From Dehalococcoidia bacterium (GTDB lineage: Bacteria; Chloroflexota; Dehalococcoidia; Bin125): a DNA stretch of 64,000 bases. The stretch spans positions 664,081-728,080 of the forward strand of contig OY760135.1 in the NCBI GenBank assembly GCA_963663185.1, read 5' to 3'. The translations under genes were made by a program, and so were the position numbers. Below the pieces are notes generated by a model, which saw only the letters and a program-made list of their open reading frames with translations, did no database searches and was not told the origin of the DNA. This document shows, piece by piece, positions 36,686-46,828 of this stretch; the first letter of the stretch is position 1; each line of letters begins with the position of its first letter.

Positions 36686-37306
36686 ATGCGCTCAATTGGA
36701 CTGACTGGCGGGATCGCATCGGGCAAATCGACGGTCGTGCAGCAGCTTGAGGCGCTCGGCGCTGCGACGATTGACGCGGATCTGCTGGGGCATCAGACGT
36801 ACGAACCGGGCACGGAGACATTTAGGCAGGTCGTGGCGGCGTTCGGCGACGATCTGGTCGCGGAAGACGGCACGATTGATCGCAGCAAGCTGGGTCCGAA
36901 GGTGTTCGGGCATCCGGACGGAATGAAGCGGTTGACGGATATCGTCTGGCCGGGGATTCGCGCGTTGGCGGAGGCCGAATTGTCGCGACTCGCAGCGGCT
37001 GGGACCGAGGTGGCGGTGTTGGAGGCGGCGGTCATGATCGAAGCCGGTTGGCAGGACCTGGTGGATGAGGTGTGGGTGGTGGCGGTCAGCCGCGAGACGG
37101 CGAGCGAACGGTTGATGGCGCGCAATCGCTTTTCGGCCGAGGAAGCGGATCGCCGGATCGAGTCTCAGATCACGAATGACGAGCGATTGAAGCACGCTGA
37201 TGTGTTGATCTCGAATGACTGCAGCATGGAGGTCGCGGCCGGGCGAGTGGCCCGCGCCTGGGCCGGATTGCAGGCTGAGAGCTCGGCTCAGATAGGCTCA
37301 AGCTAG
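36686..37306 (+). CDS. coaE: dephospho-CoA kinase
   Basis: MRSIGLTGGIASGKSTV..DADLLGH..; P-loop and CoaE motifs. Confidence 0.85.
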   Translation: MRSIGLTGGIASGKSTVVQQLEALGAATIDADLLGHQTYEPGTETFRQVVAAFGDDLVAEDGTIDRSKLGPKVFGHPDGMKRLTDIVWPGIRALAEAELSRLAAAGTEVAVLEAAVMIEAGWQDLVDEVWVVAVSRETASERLMARNRFSAEEADRRIESQITNDERLKHADVLISNDCSMEVAAGRVARAWAGLQAESSAQIGSS

Positions 37307-37393
37307 AGGCGCACTGCAATCCATCGAGATTGGGTGCGAGAGAGTTCCGCGAACACAGGCTCGGCGCAGCGATGAGTCCGAGCGGGAGAGCGT

Positions 37394-38293
37394 TTGATGA
37401 CGACTGCAAGCCAACCGATCACCGAATACCGCAGCTGGGCGGTGGAGGAGTTCCGCCTTGAGGAGGAGCCGTACTACGTCCCCGTCGCGGACGAAGTCGA
37501 GATCTTCCAGGCGGCTTGGAACAGCAAGATTCCGGTCTTGTTGAAGGGCCCGACGGGCTGCGGGAAGACGCGGTTCGTCGAGTACATGGCATACCACCTG
37601 AACCGGCCGCTGTCGGTGGTGCGCGATGGTCGGACAGAGATCGAGACTGAGACGAATTTGCCGCTGGTGACCGTGGCGTGCCACGAGGATTTGACGGCGT
37701 CCGACCTGGTTGGTCGCTATCTGCTTGAGGGTAACGAGACGGTCTGGATTGATGGTCCGCTGACGCGCGCGGTCAAGGCGGGCGCGATCTGCTATCTCGA
37801 TGAGGTGGTGGAGGCGCGCAAGGACACGACGGTGTTGATTCACCCGTTGACGGACCACCGCCGGATTTTGCCGATTGAGAAGAAATCGCAGCTGCTGCAG
37901 GCTCGCGACGGTTTCCTGTTGGTGATCTCCTACAACCCGGGTTACCAGTCGGCGCTGAAGGATTTGAAGCAATCGACGCGGCAACGGTTTGTGGCGGTCG
38001 AGTTTGATTACCCGCCGCGCGAGACGGAGGCGGAGATTGTGCGGCATGAGTCGGGTTGCGACGCAGACGTGGCGTTGAACCTGGCGAAGATGGCGGAGAA
38101 GATTCGCAATCTGCGAGAGCACGGCCTGGCCGAGGGTGCGTCGACGCGTCTGTTGATCTACGCCGGTCGGATGATTGCCGAGGGTGTGAGCCCGCGGCGG
38201 GCTTGTCAGGTGGCGATCGTCTGGCCGCTGACGGACGACGGCGAGGTTCAGCGGTCGATCGAGGAAGTGGTTTCCTCGATCTTTGAGGAATAG
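37394..38293 (+). CDS. MoxR-class AAA+ ATPase of the CbbQ/NirQ/NorQ/GvpN family
   Basis: ..[19 protein letters not shown].. (Walker A), ..[10 protein letters not shown].. (Walker B); CbbQ-like length of 299 aa. Confidence 0.8.
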   Translation: MMTTASQPITEYRSWAVEEFRLEEEPYYVPVADEVEIFQAAWNSKIPVLLKGPTGCGKTRFVEYMAYHLNRPLSVVRDGRTEIETETNLPLVTVACHEDLTASDLVGRYLLEGNETVWIDGPLTRAVKAGAICYLDEVVEARKDTTVLIHPLTDHRRILPIEKKSQLLQARDGFLLVISYNPGYQSALKDLKQSTRQRFVAVEFDYPPRETEAEIVRHESGCDADVALNLAKMAEKIRNLREHGLAEGASTRLLIYAGRMIAEGVSPRRACQVAIVWPLTDDGEVQRSIEEVVSSIFEE

Positions 38294-38305
38294 CACGGAA
38301 TCGCT

Positions 38306-38878
38306 GTGCGGATTGGCATCGTATCGGACATTCACTGCAATGCGGCGGCGTTGGACCGCGCCGTGGAGCAGATGGGTGACGTAGACGAGATTCTCTGCGC
38401 GGGCGACGCCTGTTACCAGTACCGGTTCTCGAACGAGGTGGCGGAGCGGCTGCGCCAGCTCGGCGGTCGCTACGTGTTGGGGAACCATGAGGAGATTCTG
38501 CTGTCGGAGGCGGGCGCGCGGGCGCAGGCGTCGCCGACGGTGGATCATGCACTGCTGGAATGGACGCGAGATCAGCCGCAGTTGCTGCGCACGGAGATCG
38601 ACGGGAAGCGTCTGCTGATGTTTCACGCGACGCCGTGGGCGCCGTACAAGGATTATCTGTTTCCGCACGATCCGCAGCTGCAACGGTTGGCGGAGGAAGA
38701 GGCCGACTTCATCATCTATGGGCATACGCATGCGCCGTTGGTGACGCGAATCGGTCGAGCGCTGATCGTGAATCCGGGTTCTGCGGGGGAGATGCGGGGC
38801 GCGGAGCAGGTGCTGACTTATGCTGTGTTAGACACGGCTGACGATCACGCAGAGATCGAACAGATCCGATTTGACTGA
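38306..38878 (+). CDS. metallophosphoesterase (YfcE/MJ0936-like)
   Basis: MRIGIVSDIHCN.. (D-x-H), ..GDACYQY.., ..GNHE.., ..GHTH.. are calcineurin-like motifs. Confidence 0.8.
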   Translation: MRIGIVSDIHCNAAALDRAVEQMGDVDEILCAGDACYQYRFSNEVAERLRQLGGRYVLGNHEEILLSEAGARAQASPTVDHALLEWTRDQPQLLRTEIDGKRLLMFHATPWAPYKDYLFPHDPQLQRLAEEEADFIIYGHTHAPLVTRIGRALIVNPGSAGEMRGAEQVLTYAVLDTADDHAEIEQIRFD

Positions 38879-41800
38879 TTCCGAGCGCAACAACGGCGAC
38901 CGTTGGCTGAGAGCCGAGGGATTGCCGGTTGGGAAGACGCCCATGACCGACCAGACCAACTCCGCCACATTGACCGAAGACGCGCGCGAACAGTTACGCC
39001 AGTTTCCACCGGCGTTGAGCCAGGACTTTGAGGCGGCGCTCGCCGCCGTGAGCGAGGTTCTGGAGCCGGACGAGCTAGGGTCGTGGCTGAACGATGGTCT
39101 GGACATTGCGCGGCATTCGCTGCGCAGTTGGGAGGCGGCGGCCGAGTACTTCCGCGCCTCAGGGCCGGTGTTGGAACAGATCACATACGACCGCATGCGT
39201 GAGTGGTGCGCGGTGGGGATCGAGCTGATGGACACGTCGCCGGCGTTGTCTGGGGCGATGTTCCGCGCCTCGCCGTCGGTGTTGCCGCATCTGTCGGTAG
39301 CGCAGGCGAGCGATTGGGCGGGGCAAGGCAAGTCGCTGTACAAGGGGACGTGGAAGTCAGGATCGCTGTCGGCGCAGTACTTCGATGTGGCGCCGCAGAT
39401 TTTGCCGCATCTGCCGCTGTCGCAGATGCGCCTGTTGGTGGATCTGATTGACTCGCTGGCGTCGCACTCGTACGAGCTGGCGTCTGCCTGTCTGGGGATG
39501 GCGCCTGGCGTGTTGTCGCAGTTGGATCGCGGTGATCGGGCGCCATTCCTTGAGTTTGGCGGGATTGTGGCGCATACGGCGTGGGTGGACGCGCGGGTCT
39601 ACTTCGAGCGTGGGCCGGGCGCGTTGCGGCAGGTGTCGGAGGAGCAGCGTCCGCGCTATCTGTCGCTGTCCGGTCAGGTGGCGATGCAGGTGGGTCGACT
39701 TGGGCATCCATACTTTATTGAGGCCGCGCAAGCGTTGGCGGAGGTGGACAAGGAGATTCACGAGGGGTTGCTGGAGCTGTCTGAGCAGTTGGCGCCGCAT
39801 TCGGGCGACGCGGCGATGGAGTTTCTGAAGTCGTCGCCGCAGGTAGCGGAACGCCTGGGGATTGACGACATCGCTCGCTGGCAGGAGTTCGGACTTGGCA
39901 TCCTGCAACAGTCGCGCGACGGCGGCGAGGCGTTTTTCCGACTCGAGTCGGCGCGCGGCGAAGAGGTGATGGAGGCGCTGAGCAGTCGTGTGGATCTGGA
40001 TCGCGTTTCGGAGCTGATTCGGATGTATTGCAAGGCGCTCACGGGCGTGGATGTGGGTGTGAAGGCGTCGGAAGAGCTGACGGCGAAGGGTGTGGGTTGG
40101 GTGGACGAAAGCAGTCCGACGACGGAGGGGACGACGATCTATCTGCCGGAGAATGTCGAGCGATACCAAACGAAGGACGAGAATTTCGCGGTCTACAAGG
40201 TGTTCGCGACGCATCAGGCTGGGCGGCTGGAGTTCGGCTCGTTTAACTACGAGTCGGCGACTGATTCCGAGCTGTTCCCGCAGCCGTCGAATGGTGCGCA
40301 GAACGGCCACGGTCATGGTCGGGGCGCAAGTGTGGCGGCGGTGGTCCAACAGGACGCGGAGAGTGGCGAGATTCACACGGACATGGAGCGATTCTTCGAT
40401 CAGTTCGAGGATCGAAAGCTGGCGCACGATCTGTTTACGATCGTGGAGGACACGCGCATCGACACGATCGTGAAGCGTGAGTACGCCGGGGTGCGTCGCG
40501 CGTTCACGCGGCTACAGCAGTCAGCGGCGGAGCGACGTCGCCCGGTGGAAGATATGCCGGCGAGACAGGCGATGGTGGAGAATTTACTGCGGGCGTCACT
40601 GGATGAGGTGGGCCGGATCCGTTGGCCGCAGGAGCTATCTGAGGAGTTGCGGACGCCGCTGCGGATTCTGAATCGGATCCGCGAGGACGGCGCGACGGTG
40701 CAGGACACGGCAGCGGCGACGGCGTTGCTGTATGAGTGGTTGTCGAATGTGCCGAATGTGGAGCTGGAGTCGGAAGATTGGTCGGATATTGAGCAAGAGA
40801 TGAGCGGCGATCCGGATGCGGGCGAGGATGGCGACATGATGCCGGGTTCGGGTTCTTCTGGCCTGGAAGAATCGTTCATGCCCTTCATGCCGGGTTCGGA
40901 GGAGCGACCCTACGACAGCCCGGACCCTGTGGATTTCCGCGGCGACTTCAAGCCAGAGTTGGTGCAGTTGCTGATGAAGTTGAAAGGCGAGATCGGTTCG
41001 GGCGACGCTCCGCCGATTCCGCTGACGAAGGAGCAGTTGCAGGAGCTGTTGGAGAAGTCAGTTGAGATTTCGATCAACGAGCTGATGGACATGGACTTGG
41101 CGGAGTCGTCGGGCATGTTCCTGGACAACCTGTTGAAGGAAGTCAATCAGATTCAGGGAGAGCGGCAAGAGGGTCAGCAGGCGATGGGTGACGACTCGAC
41201 CGGGGCGGAAGATGATGGGGAGTTGCCGGTTGAGGCGCAGTCGTTCTACTACGACGAGTGGGATTTCCGGGCGGCGGACTACAAGCCGCGCTGGTGTCGG
41301 GTGCAGGAGCAGCGCGGTGAGTTGGGCACGACGGGGTACTACACGGAGACGTTGCACGAGCACACGCAGCTGGTCAAGGAGACGCGCAAGCAGTTTGAGA
41401 TGCTGCGACCGGAGATGTTCCGCAAGATGAAGCGTTTGACGGACGGTGAAGATTACGATCTCGACGCGGTGATCGAGTGGTACACGGAGAAGATTGCCGG
41501 CGCCACGTCGGAGACGAAGCTGTTCTACCGACGGAACAAGGTGGAACGTGATGTGGCGGTGGCGTTCTTGTTGGATGTTTCCGCCTCGACGGATGAGGAG
41601 ATCCAGAAGCATCACGATCAGCGGCAGGACGATCAGTTTGACGATGATCCGCGCAAGTACCTGTCCTGGTGGGCGCAGCGTCGGGCTGAGGCGGCGCGTC
41701 ATCCGGGTAAGCGGATTATTGACCTGGAGAAGGAAGCGGTGGTCCTGCTGATCGAGGCGCTGGAGACGATCGGGGATAAGTACGGCGTCTACGGATTCTC

Positions 41801-42236
41801 TGGCTACGGACGGGACAATGTGGAGTTCTTCGTCTACAAGGACATGGATGAGCCGTTTGGCGATCGGATCAAGGAGCGGATCGACAAGATTGCCCCGGTC
41901 CGCTCGACGCGGATGGGGCCGGCCATCCGCCACTGTATCTGGAAGCTGCAGAACACGGATGCCAAAGTGAAGATCCTGATGCTGTTGTCGGACGGTCGGC
42001 CGCAGGATCACGGATACGGTCGCGACCGCACGGAGAAGGAATACGCGATTCACGACACGAAGATGGCGTTGACGGAGGCGCGTCGTGAGGGCATGGTTCC
42101 GTTCGCGCTGACGGTGGACCGGGCGGGGCATGACTACCTGAAGCAGATGTGTCAGGACATGGCGTACGAAGTGGTGGCGGACATTGAGTCCTTGCCGCGG
42201 CGCCTGCCGGCGCTGTATCGCCGTTTGACTGGCTAG
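38871..42236 (+). CDS. large VWA-domain protein, CbbO/NorD-like partner of the CbbQ-type ATPase
   Basis: The C-terminal about 350 aa form a VWA domain with a MIDAS motif (..VAFLLDVSASTDEE.., ..LMLLSDGRPQD.., ..TVDRAGHDYL..). The N-terminal about 750 aa are an unrecognised helical/acidic region. Total 1121 aa from the ORF start; the true start may be a few codons in. Confidence 0.65.
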   Translation: MTDSERNNGDRWLRAEGLPVGKTPMTDQTNSATLTEDAREQLRQFPPALSQDFEAALAAVSEVLEPDELGSWLNDGLDIARHSLRSWEAAAEYFRASGPVLEQITYDRMREWCAVGIELMDTSPALSGAMFRASPSVLPHLSVAQASDWAGQGKSLYKGTWKSGSLSAQYFDVAPQILPHLPLSQMRLLVDLIDSLASHSYELASACLGMAPGVLSQLDRGDRAPFLEFGGIVAHTAWVDARVYFERGPGALRQVSEEQRPRYLSLSGQVAMQVGRLGHPYFIEAAQALAEVDKEIHEGLLELSEQLAPHSGDAAMEFLKSSPQVAERLGIDDIARWQEFGLGILQQSRDGGEAFFRLESARGEEVMEALSSRVDLDRVSELIRMYCKALTGVDVGVKASEELTAKGVGWVDESSPTTEGTTIYLPENVERYQTKDENFAVYKVFATHQAGRLEFGSFNYESATDSELFPQPSNGAQNGHGHGRGASVAAVVQQDAESGEIHTDMERFFDQFEDRKLAHDLFTIVEDTRIDTIVKREYAGVRRAFTRLQQSAAERRRPVEDMPARQAMVENLLRASLDEVGRIRWPQELSEELRTPLRILNRIREDGATVQDTAAATALLYEWLSNVPNVELESEDWSDIEQEMSGDPDAGEDGDMMPGSGSSGLEESFMPFMPGSEERPYDSPDPVDFRGDFKPELVQLLMKLKGEIGSGDAPPIPLTKEQLQELLEKSVEISINELMDMDLAESSGMFLDNLLKEVNQIQGERQEGQQAMGDDSTGAEDDGELPVEAQSFYYDEWDFRAADYKPRWCRVQEQRGELGTTGYYTETLHEHTQLVKETRKQFEMLRPEMFRKMKRLTDGEDYDLDAVIEWYTEKIAGATSETKLFYRRNKVERDVAVAFLLDVSASTDEEIQKHHDQRQDDQFDDDPRKYLSWWAQRRAEAARHPGKRIIDLEKEAVVLLIEALETIGDKYGVYGFSGYGRDNVEFFVYKDMDEPFGDRIKERIDKIAPVRSTRMGPAIRHCIWKLQNTDAKVKILMLLSDGRPQDHGYGRDRTEKEYAIHDTKMALTEARREGMVPFALTVDRAGHDYLKQMCQDMAYEVVADIESLPRRLPALYRRLTG

Positions 42237-42250
42237 GTAGCGTTATCGCT

Positions 42251-42598
42251 ATGGGTGCGATCGCCGGGAGCTTGACGGTTGGCGGGATTTCAGCTGCCTT
42301 TGCGGCGACGCTGATTGGTCAGGATTCGACGCCGCTGTACATCGTCTGCGTGTCGGTGGCTGGCGCGGGCTTGTTGCTGATGCTGTTGCATGTGGCGCGG
42401 CAGCGAGGCGACACGTCGGCGCCGTGGTACGCCTTGGCTCCGATGGCGATCGTGGTGGCCCTGTTGGGAATTGCGGCGTCGGGAGCGACGTGCGGTGTTG
42501 CCTGCATCGCCTGGGGCACGCCGGCCGCAGCCGCCACGCTGGCTGTTCCCGATCTGCGAGGTTGGCTAAGTCGGAAGCGTCCGTTGCGAGAGCTGTAG
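42251..42598 (+). CDS. small hypothetical membrane protein (3 predicted TM)
   Basis: Hydrophobic 115-aa ORF immediately after the VWA gene. Confidence 0.4.
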   Translation: MGAIAGSLTVGGISAAFAATLIGQDSTPLYIVCVSVAGAGLLLMLLHVARQRGDTSAPWYALAPMAIVVALLGIAASGATCGVACIAWGTPAAAATLAVPDLRGWLSRKRPLREL

Positions 42599-42615
42599 TT
42601 CGCTAATCTATATCT

Positions 42616-43245
42616 ATGGTGATGTTCGACAGACTTCCGATGCGCGATGTGTTGGTGGGCCGACTCGGTTGGTCGGAGGAGGACGCGCGGGCTTTCCTCG
42701 AGGTGATGGAGTCGCCGACTGAGCATCTCGCCACGCGAGATGACGTTGCCGCGGTGCGCTCAGATCTCGATCAGGCCAGAGAAGACATCGTGCGTCTGAA
42801 GGCGGATGTGGCGCAGTTGAAGATGGATGTCGCAGAGCTGAAGGCGGATGTGGCGCAGTTGAAGACGGATGTCGCAGAGCTGAAGGCGGATGTGGCGCAG
42901 TTGAAGACGGATGTCGTAGAGCTGAAGGCGGATGTGGCGCAGTTGAAGATGGATGTCGCAGAGCTGAAGACGGATGTCGTAGAGATTCGGTCAGATGTCA
43001 GACGGTTGGATGAGAAGGTTGAGTACTTGCGAGTATCGCAAATGGAGATGGAAGAGCGCCTCATTCGATACATCGACAGCAAAATGGCGGATTTGGAGAG
43101 AACGATGGCTGCGGAACGGGAGGCCAGCGAAGCGAGATTCATGGCTGCGCTGCGGGACAGCGAAAGAAGAATGCTGATGCTGGTGTCCAGCGTGGGGTTC
43201 GGCACGATTGGGATCGGAATCGCGATCCTGGTCCGAGTCCTCTGA
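42616..43245 (+). CDS. DUF1640-like coiled-coil protein with C-terminal TM anchor and expanded 8-aa/16-aa repeats
   Basis: ..LKADVAQLKMDVAELKADVAQLKTDVAELKADVAQLKTDVVELKADVAQLKMDVAELKTDVVE.. then ..LVSSVGFGTIGIGIAILVRVL. The DNA shows about four 48-bp tandem units at ~42790-42990. Confidence 0.5.
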   Translation: MVMFDRLPMRDVLVGRLGWSEEDARAFLEVMESPTEHLATRDDVAAVRSDLDQAREDIVRLKADVAQLKMDVAELKADVAQLKTDVAELKADVAQLKTDVVELKADVAQLKMDVAELKTDVVEIRSDVRRLDEKVEYLRVSQMEMEERLIRYIDSKMADLERTMAAEREASEARFMAALRDSERRMLMLVSSVGFGTIGIGIAILVRVL

Positions 43246-43269
43246 GCGTCTGCGCATTTGCAGCGAGGA

Positions 43270-46200
43270 TCAGTTTGTGAGGCGCAGTTCGCGGTTGAGT
43301 TCGAGGCGCAGGAACCAGCGCCAGGTCGCCAGGACACCGATGACGAGGACGCCGGCGAGGACGCCGAAGGCGATACCGAGGATCTGCCAGTCGGTCTCGA
43401 TCTGGAAAGGTGGTAGCACCGTTCGGCCCTTTTCATCGATCTCGAGATAAGCGAGCAGCAGTAGCGAGATGCGGTTGCCGAGCAACACACCGAGCACGAG
43501 ACCGGTACCGACGATGATGGCGTACTCGAGGGCAATTTGGATGAGGATGCTGAGGTTACCGACACCAACGGTTCGAAGTAGCGCCATCTCGAGCCGCCGT
43601 TGGCGGGCGGAAACGGCCATTGAGACAAGGAAGGCGAGCGCAAGAAGCAGCGAGATGGCGATGAAGGCGACGAGCAGGATTCCCGATCCGCCAGCTGTGG
43701 TGAGCGGGTCACGCCCGCTCTGTTCTAGCTGCTCGATCTGATCGTTGAAGCGACCGAGCGAGTATCGGGGACGATTGAGTTCCCACTTGATCGCCTCACG
43801 GGCCTCAGGATCATCGACGAGGTCGAGCCAAGCCTCGGTGGGCATGATGGATGGTCGCAGCGTGGTGACCGAGCCCAGGTGATAGAGCGCGTCGTAGTCG
43901 GCGACGATGAATGGCAGTTCGTCGGGGCGCAGGGTGGGGAACAGGTCAATGATCGACATGATGCGCGCCGAGACCACGAACTGATCGAGGCGTAGCGTGT
44001 AGCGATCGCCCACTTCCAGCAGCTGGCGCTCGGCGAAGCTGGCGCTGACGATGGTGGGCAGTGTGCAGCGCGTATTGGAGCAGAACGACGGGTCGGCGAA
44101 GTGAGCGGCGCGTAAGCCGGGCGACTGCCCGATGCTGGGATAGAAGGCCATCACGTGTTCGCCGGAGACCGGATCGTCTGCTTGCTCGAAGGCAACCTCA
44201 TCGCCGGAGCCGCGACGCTGTACGTAAGACAGCCAGCCGCGATGCTCGAAGTCTTCGATGATCAGTTCGCGACCATCGGGTTGGACAGCGGTGACGGCAT
44301 CGAAGAAGATCGTCGCTGGTTCGGAGGCGAAGAGTCCGTAGGGTTCGCTCATGACGATGCTGTGCAGGGTGTAGGGGCTGGCGGTGCTGGAGCCAACGAT
44401 TTCGCGTTGGAAATCAATCTCGACGGCGGTCCAGGGCGACTCTGGGCGAGGCATGTCGAGTCCGCCAGCGGTGTGGTATCGGCCGTCGCCGTCTCGGATG
44501 CGGAACCAGAGTGATTGGTCGGACTCGCCCAGACCGAGTCGTACCCAGAAGCGGAGGGTTTCGGTCTCTGGCGGGATGCTGATGCCGCGTCCGACGGGCG
44601 GCACGTCGATGCTGGCGATCAGGTCTTCGAAGGTCATCAGCGAGAGGTCTTCGCGAAACCACATCATGTCGAGCGCGGCGCGCGGTTCGAGGCCGAGGAT
44701 GTTGACGCTGGCAGCGGTGCCGACGCTGCGGCCGGCGGAGACCTTGGATCGGTGGACGGCGGAGACGGCGTCAACGCCCTCGAGCGGGCCGAGTCGGTTG
44801 CGGACGCCGTTGGCGGACGAATAGCCGCTCTCGCCGAGTCCGACGCGGAACTCGACGCCGGTGTCGTACTCGATGCGTTCTTCCAGGGAACGTTCGATGG
44901 TGTCGGCGTAGGAGGCGGCAAAGGTGCCGAGCGCGGCGCCGAGCATGAGCAGGATGGTGAGCCGCGCGGCAGGTCCGACGGTGCGGCTCACGTATCGCAA
45001 CGTGGAGGCGATGGAGAGCGGGAAGCGGTCGTAGGTCAGCCAGGCGAAGAGTCGGTAGATATAGGGCAGGAAGCGGAGGATGACCAGTGTGGCTGCGAGC
45101 GCGAAGAGGATCGGGGTGCTGAGCAGGAGCGGGTCGGCGGCCAGTCCGCCGACGCTGTTGCGCTCGAAGACGGTGCCTTTGAGATCGGCTTCGAAGATCA
45201 GGCCGACAGCGACGAGGACGAGGGCGATGTCGAGGTAGTAGCGCTGCAGGGCGTTGGGACCGCTGGGTCGGGCGATGCTGCGCAGGCGCTCGGAGAGGAC
45301 ACGGGTGCGACTGGCGACCACAAGCGGCGCCAGTGTGAAGAGGACCGCAACGATGGCGCCAGCGGCGGAGAGCAGGAACGCCATGTCGGTGAGCGTGGTG
45401 GGGATCGTGGCGCCGCCGGTCAGCGGTTCGAAGACGGGCGTATATCCGAGCAGTCCGATGATGCCGATGGCGATGAAGGGCGCCACGGCCGCAGCGACGA
45501 TCGCGAGCAGGATGCCTTCAATCGCCGTGTGCGAGACGACCTGCATGATCGAAGCGCCGCGGGAGCGCATCGAGAAGAGCTCTTCGCGTCGTTGGGCGAC
45601 CTGGACCCCGGAGACGATGACGACGTAGAAGAGGGCGATGCCGACCACTTGGGCGAGCAGCATGAGGATCGGGACCTGGGTGAAGCTGAGGTCCTTGACG
45701 AAGGTCTCGAGGCGAGGTTCGATCGGCGATCTGACGCCGCCGCTGATTGAACGCAGGTCTTCGCGGAGCAAGTCGAAGGATGCTCTGGTCTGATCGAGGA
45801 CGGCAACGTTGAGTTGGTCCGTGTCGATCTCGGAGATCCAGGTGGTATTGACGAGGTAGCCGCTCATCACCTGAGGGAGTTCGAGGTCGAAGGCCTGGGA
45901 CGCGACGATCAGTGGGATGACCTGAGCTCGCGAACTGCTGATGTAGACCGGGCCGGTGATGTTGTCGGGGACGCGAGCCCAGAATGCCTCTGCTGCTTCG
46001 CTCTCGGCGGGTTCGACGAACCCGGTGACGACGACCGGTATGAGGCGCTGAACCAGCATGGTCGGTTCGCAGGGCGGTCGAGGCGGCGGCGGCGGCCCAC
46101 CGGGCGGTGGATCGGGTTCGCGGTCGCACTCGTCGAAGCCGTCGATCAGTTCCCAATTGCTGCCGACCTGGATGCCGTAGCCGGACGCGGCGCGAACTGG

Positions 46201-46695
46201 TAGTGCGACTTCGATCGGGCCGCTGAGCGCGCCGTCGGCGGTGAGGACGGGAGGATTCGGGAATCGTCCTTCGACCATGCTGAGATGCGGCTCGGCTTGA
46301 TCGAGGGACGCGAGAAAGGCGGTTGGGTTGATGACCTGACCGCGACGCAGGCCGACATTGATCTGCGTCGGGACGGTGGCGCGGAAGCGCAGGCGTTGGG
46401 ACTCGAGATCGCCGAAGCGTTGGCTGATTGAGTCTTCGGCGTATTCGCGCGCGGAGTCGTTGGGTCCGCCGGCGAGCGGGATGTTGTTGAGCGAGCTGAA
46501 CATCTGCCGGCGATCGGTGAGGTCTTCACGCAAGCTGACGGTGAGCGAGAGGTCGGAGACGGCTCTGGTGTAGATCGTGGTGGACGCCATCAAGACGGCG
46601 GCGACCAGGATGCCAGCGGCGATCACGAGCTGGAGTCTCCAGCTGTCGCGCATACGACGTAAGACAAAGCCGAGTATCGCGCCGACTGACTCCAC
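43270..46695 (-). CDS. FtsX-family permease, giant two-FtsX-domain type (1141 aa)
   Basis: Repeated 4-TM FtsX modules with large extracytoplasmic loops; proline tract ..EPDPPPGGPPPPPRPPCEP..; MacB/DevC-like topology. Confidence 0.65.
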   Translation of the reverse strand: MESVGAILGFVLRRMRDSWRLQLVIAAGILVAAVLMASTTIYTRAVSDLSLTVSLREDLTDRRQMFSSLNNIPLAGGPNDSAREYAEDSISQRFGDLESQRLRFRATVPTQINVGLRRGQVINPTAFLASLDQAEPHLSMVEGRFPNPPVLTADGALSGPIEVALPVRAASGYGIQVGSNWELIDGFDECDREPDPPPGGPPPPPRPPCEPTMLVQRLIPVVVTGFVEPAESEAAEAFWARVPDNITGPVYISSSRAQVIPLIVASQAFDLELPQVMSGYLVNTTWISEIDTDQLNVAVLDQTRASFDLLREDLRSISGGVRSPIEPRLETFVKDLSFTQVPILMLLAQVVGIALFYVVIVSGVQVAQRREELFSMRSRGASIMQVVSHTAIEGILLAIVAAAVAPFIAIGIIGLLGYTPVFEPLTGGATIPTTLTDMAFLLSAAGAIVAVLFTLAPLVVASRTRVLSERLRSIARPSGPNALQRYYLDIALVLVAVGLIFEADLKGTVFERNSVGGLAADPLLLSTPILFALAATLVILRFLPYIYRLFAWLTYDRFPLSIASTLRYVSRTVGPAARLTILLMLGAALGTFAASYADTIERSLEERIEYDTGVEFRVGLGESGYSSANGVRNRLGPLEGVDAVSAVHRSKVSAGRSVGTAASVNILGLEPRAALDMMWFREDLSLMTFEDLIASIDVPPVGRGISIPPETETLRFWVRLGLGESDQSLWFRIRDGDGRYHTAGGLDMPRPESPWTAVEIDFQREIVGSSTASPYTLHSIVMSEPYGLFASEPATIFFDAVTAVQPDGRELIIEDFEHRGWLSYVQRRGSGDEVAFEQADDPVSGEHVMAFYPSIGQSPGLRAAHFADPSFCSNTRCTLPTIVSASFAERQLLEVGDRYTLRLDQFVVSARIMSIIDLFPTLRPDELPFIVADYDALYHLGSVTTLRPSIMPTEAWLDLVDDPEAREAIKWELNRPRYSLGRFNDQIEQLEQSGRDPLTTAGGSGILLVAFIAISLLLALAFLVSMAVSARQRRLEMALLRTVGVGNLSILIQIALEYAIIVGTGLVLGVLLGNRISLLLLAYLEIDEKGRTVLPPFQIETDWQILGIAFGVLAGVLVIGVLATWRWFLRLELNRELRLTN

Positions 46696-46828
46696 CCGCG
46701 CCCCCGTTGTCTGAACATCATCCGCCGAAGCTCGGCGGCGATGTTGAATTTCGATACTGCTAGTAGTCTACGAACAACCTTCGGTCTGACATACCTTGAA
46801 CGCGTCAGCGGCTGGGGGACGAGGCAGT

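Noticed and set aside
37298-38731. 477-aa minus-strand ORF
   Set aside because: Antisense across coaE 3' end, the MoxR ATPase (Walker A/B on the plus strand) and the phosphoesterase; Arg-rich low complexity.
39357-42131. Minus-strand ORFs of 356 and 357 aa
   Set aside because: Antisense to the VWA gene, whose plus frame carries the MIDAS/VWA motifs.
44515-45750. 411-aa plus-strand ORF
   Set aside because: Gly/Asp/Glu low-complexity antisense frame of the FtsX permease gene.
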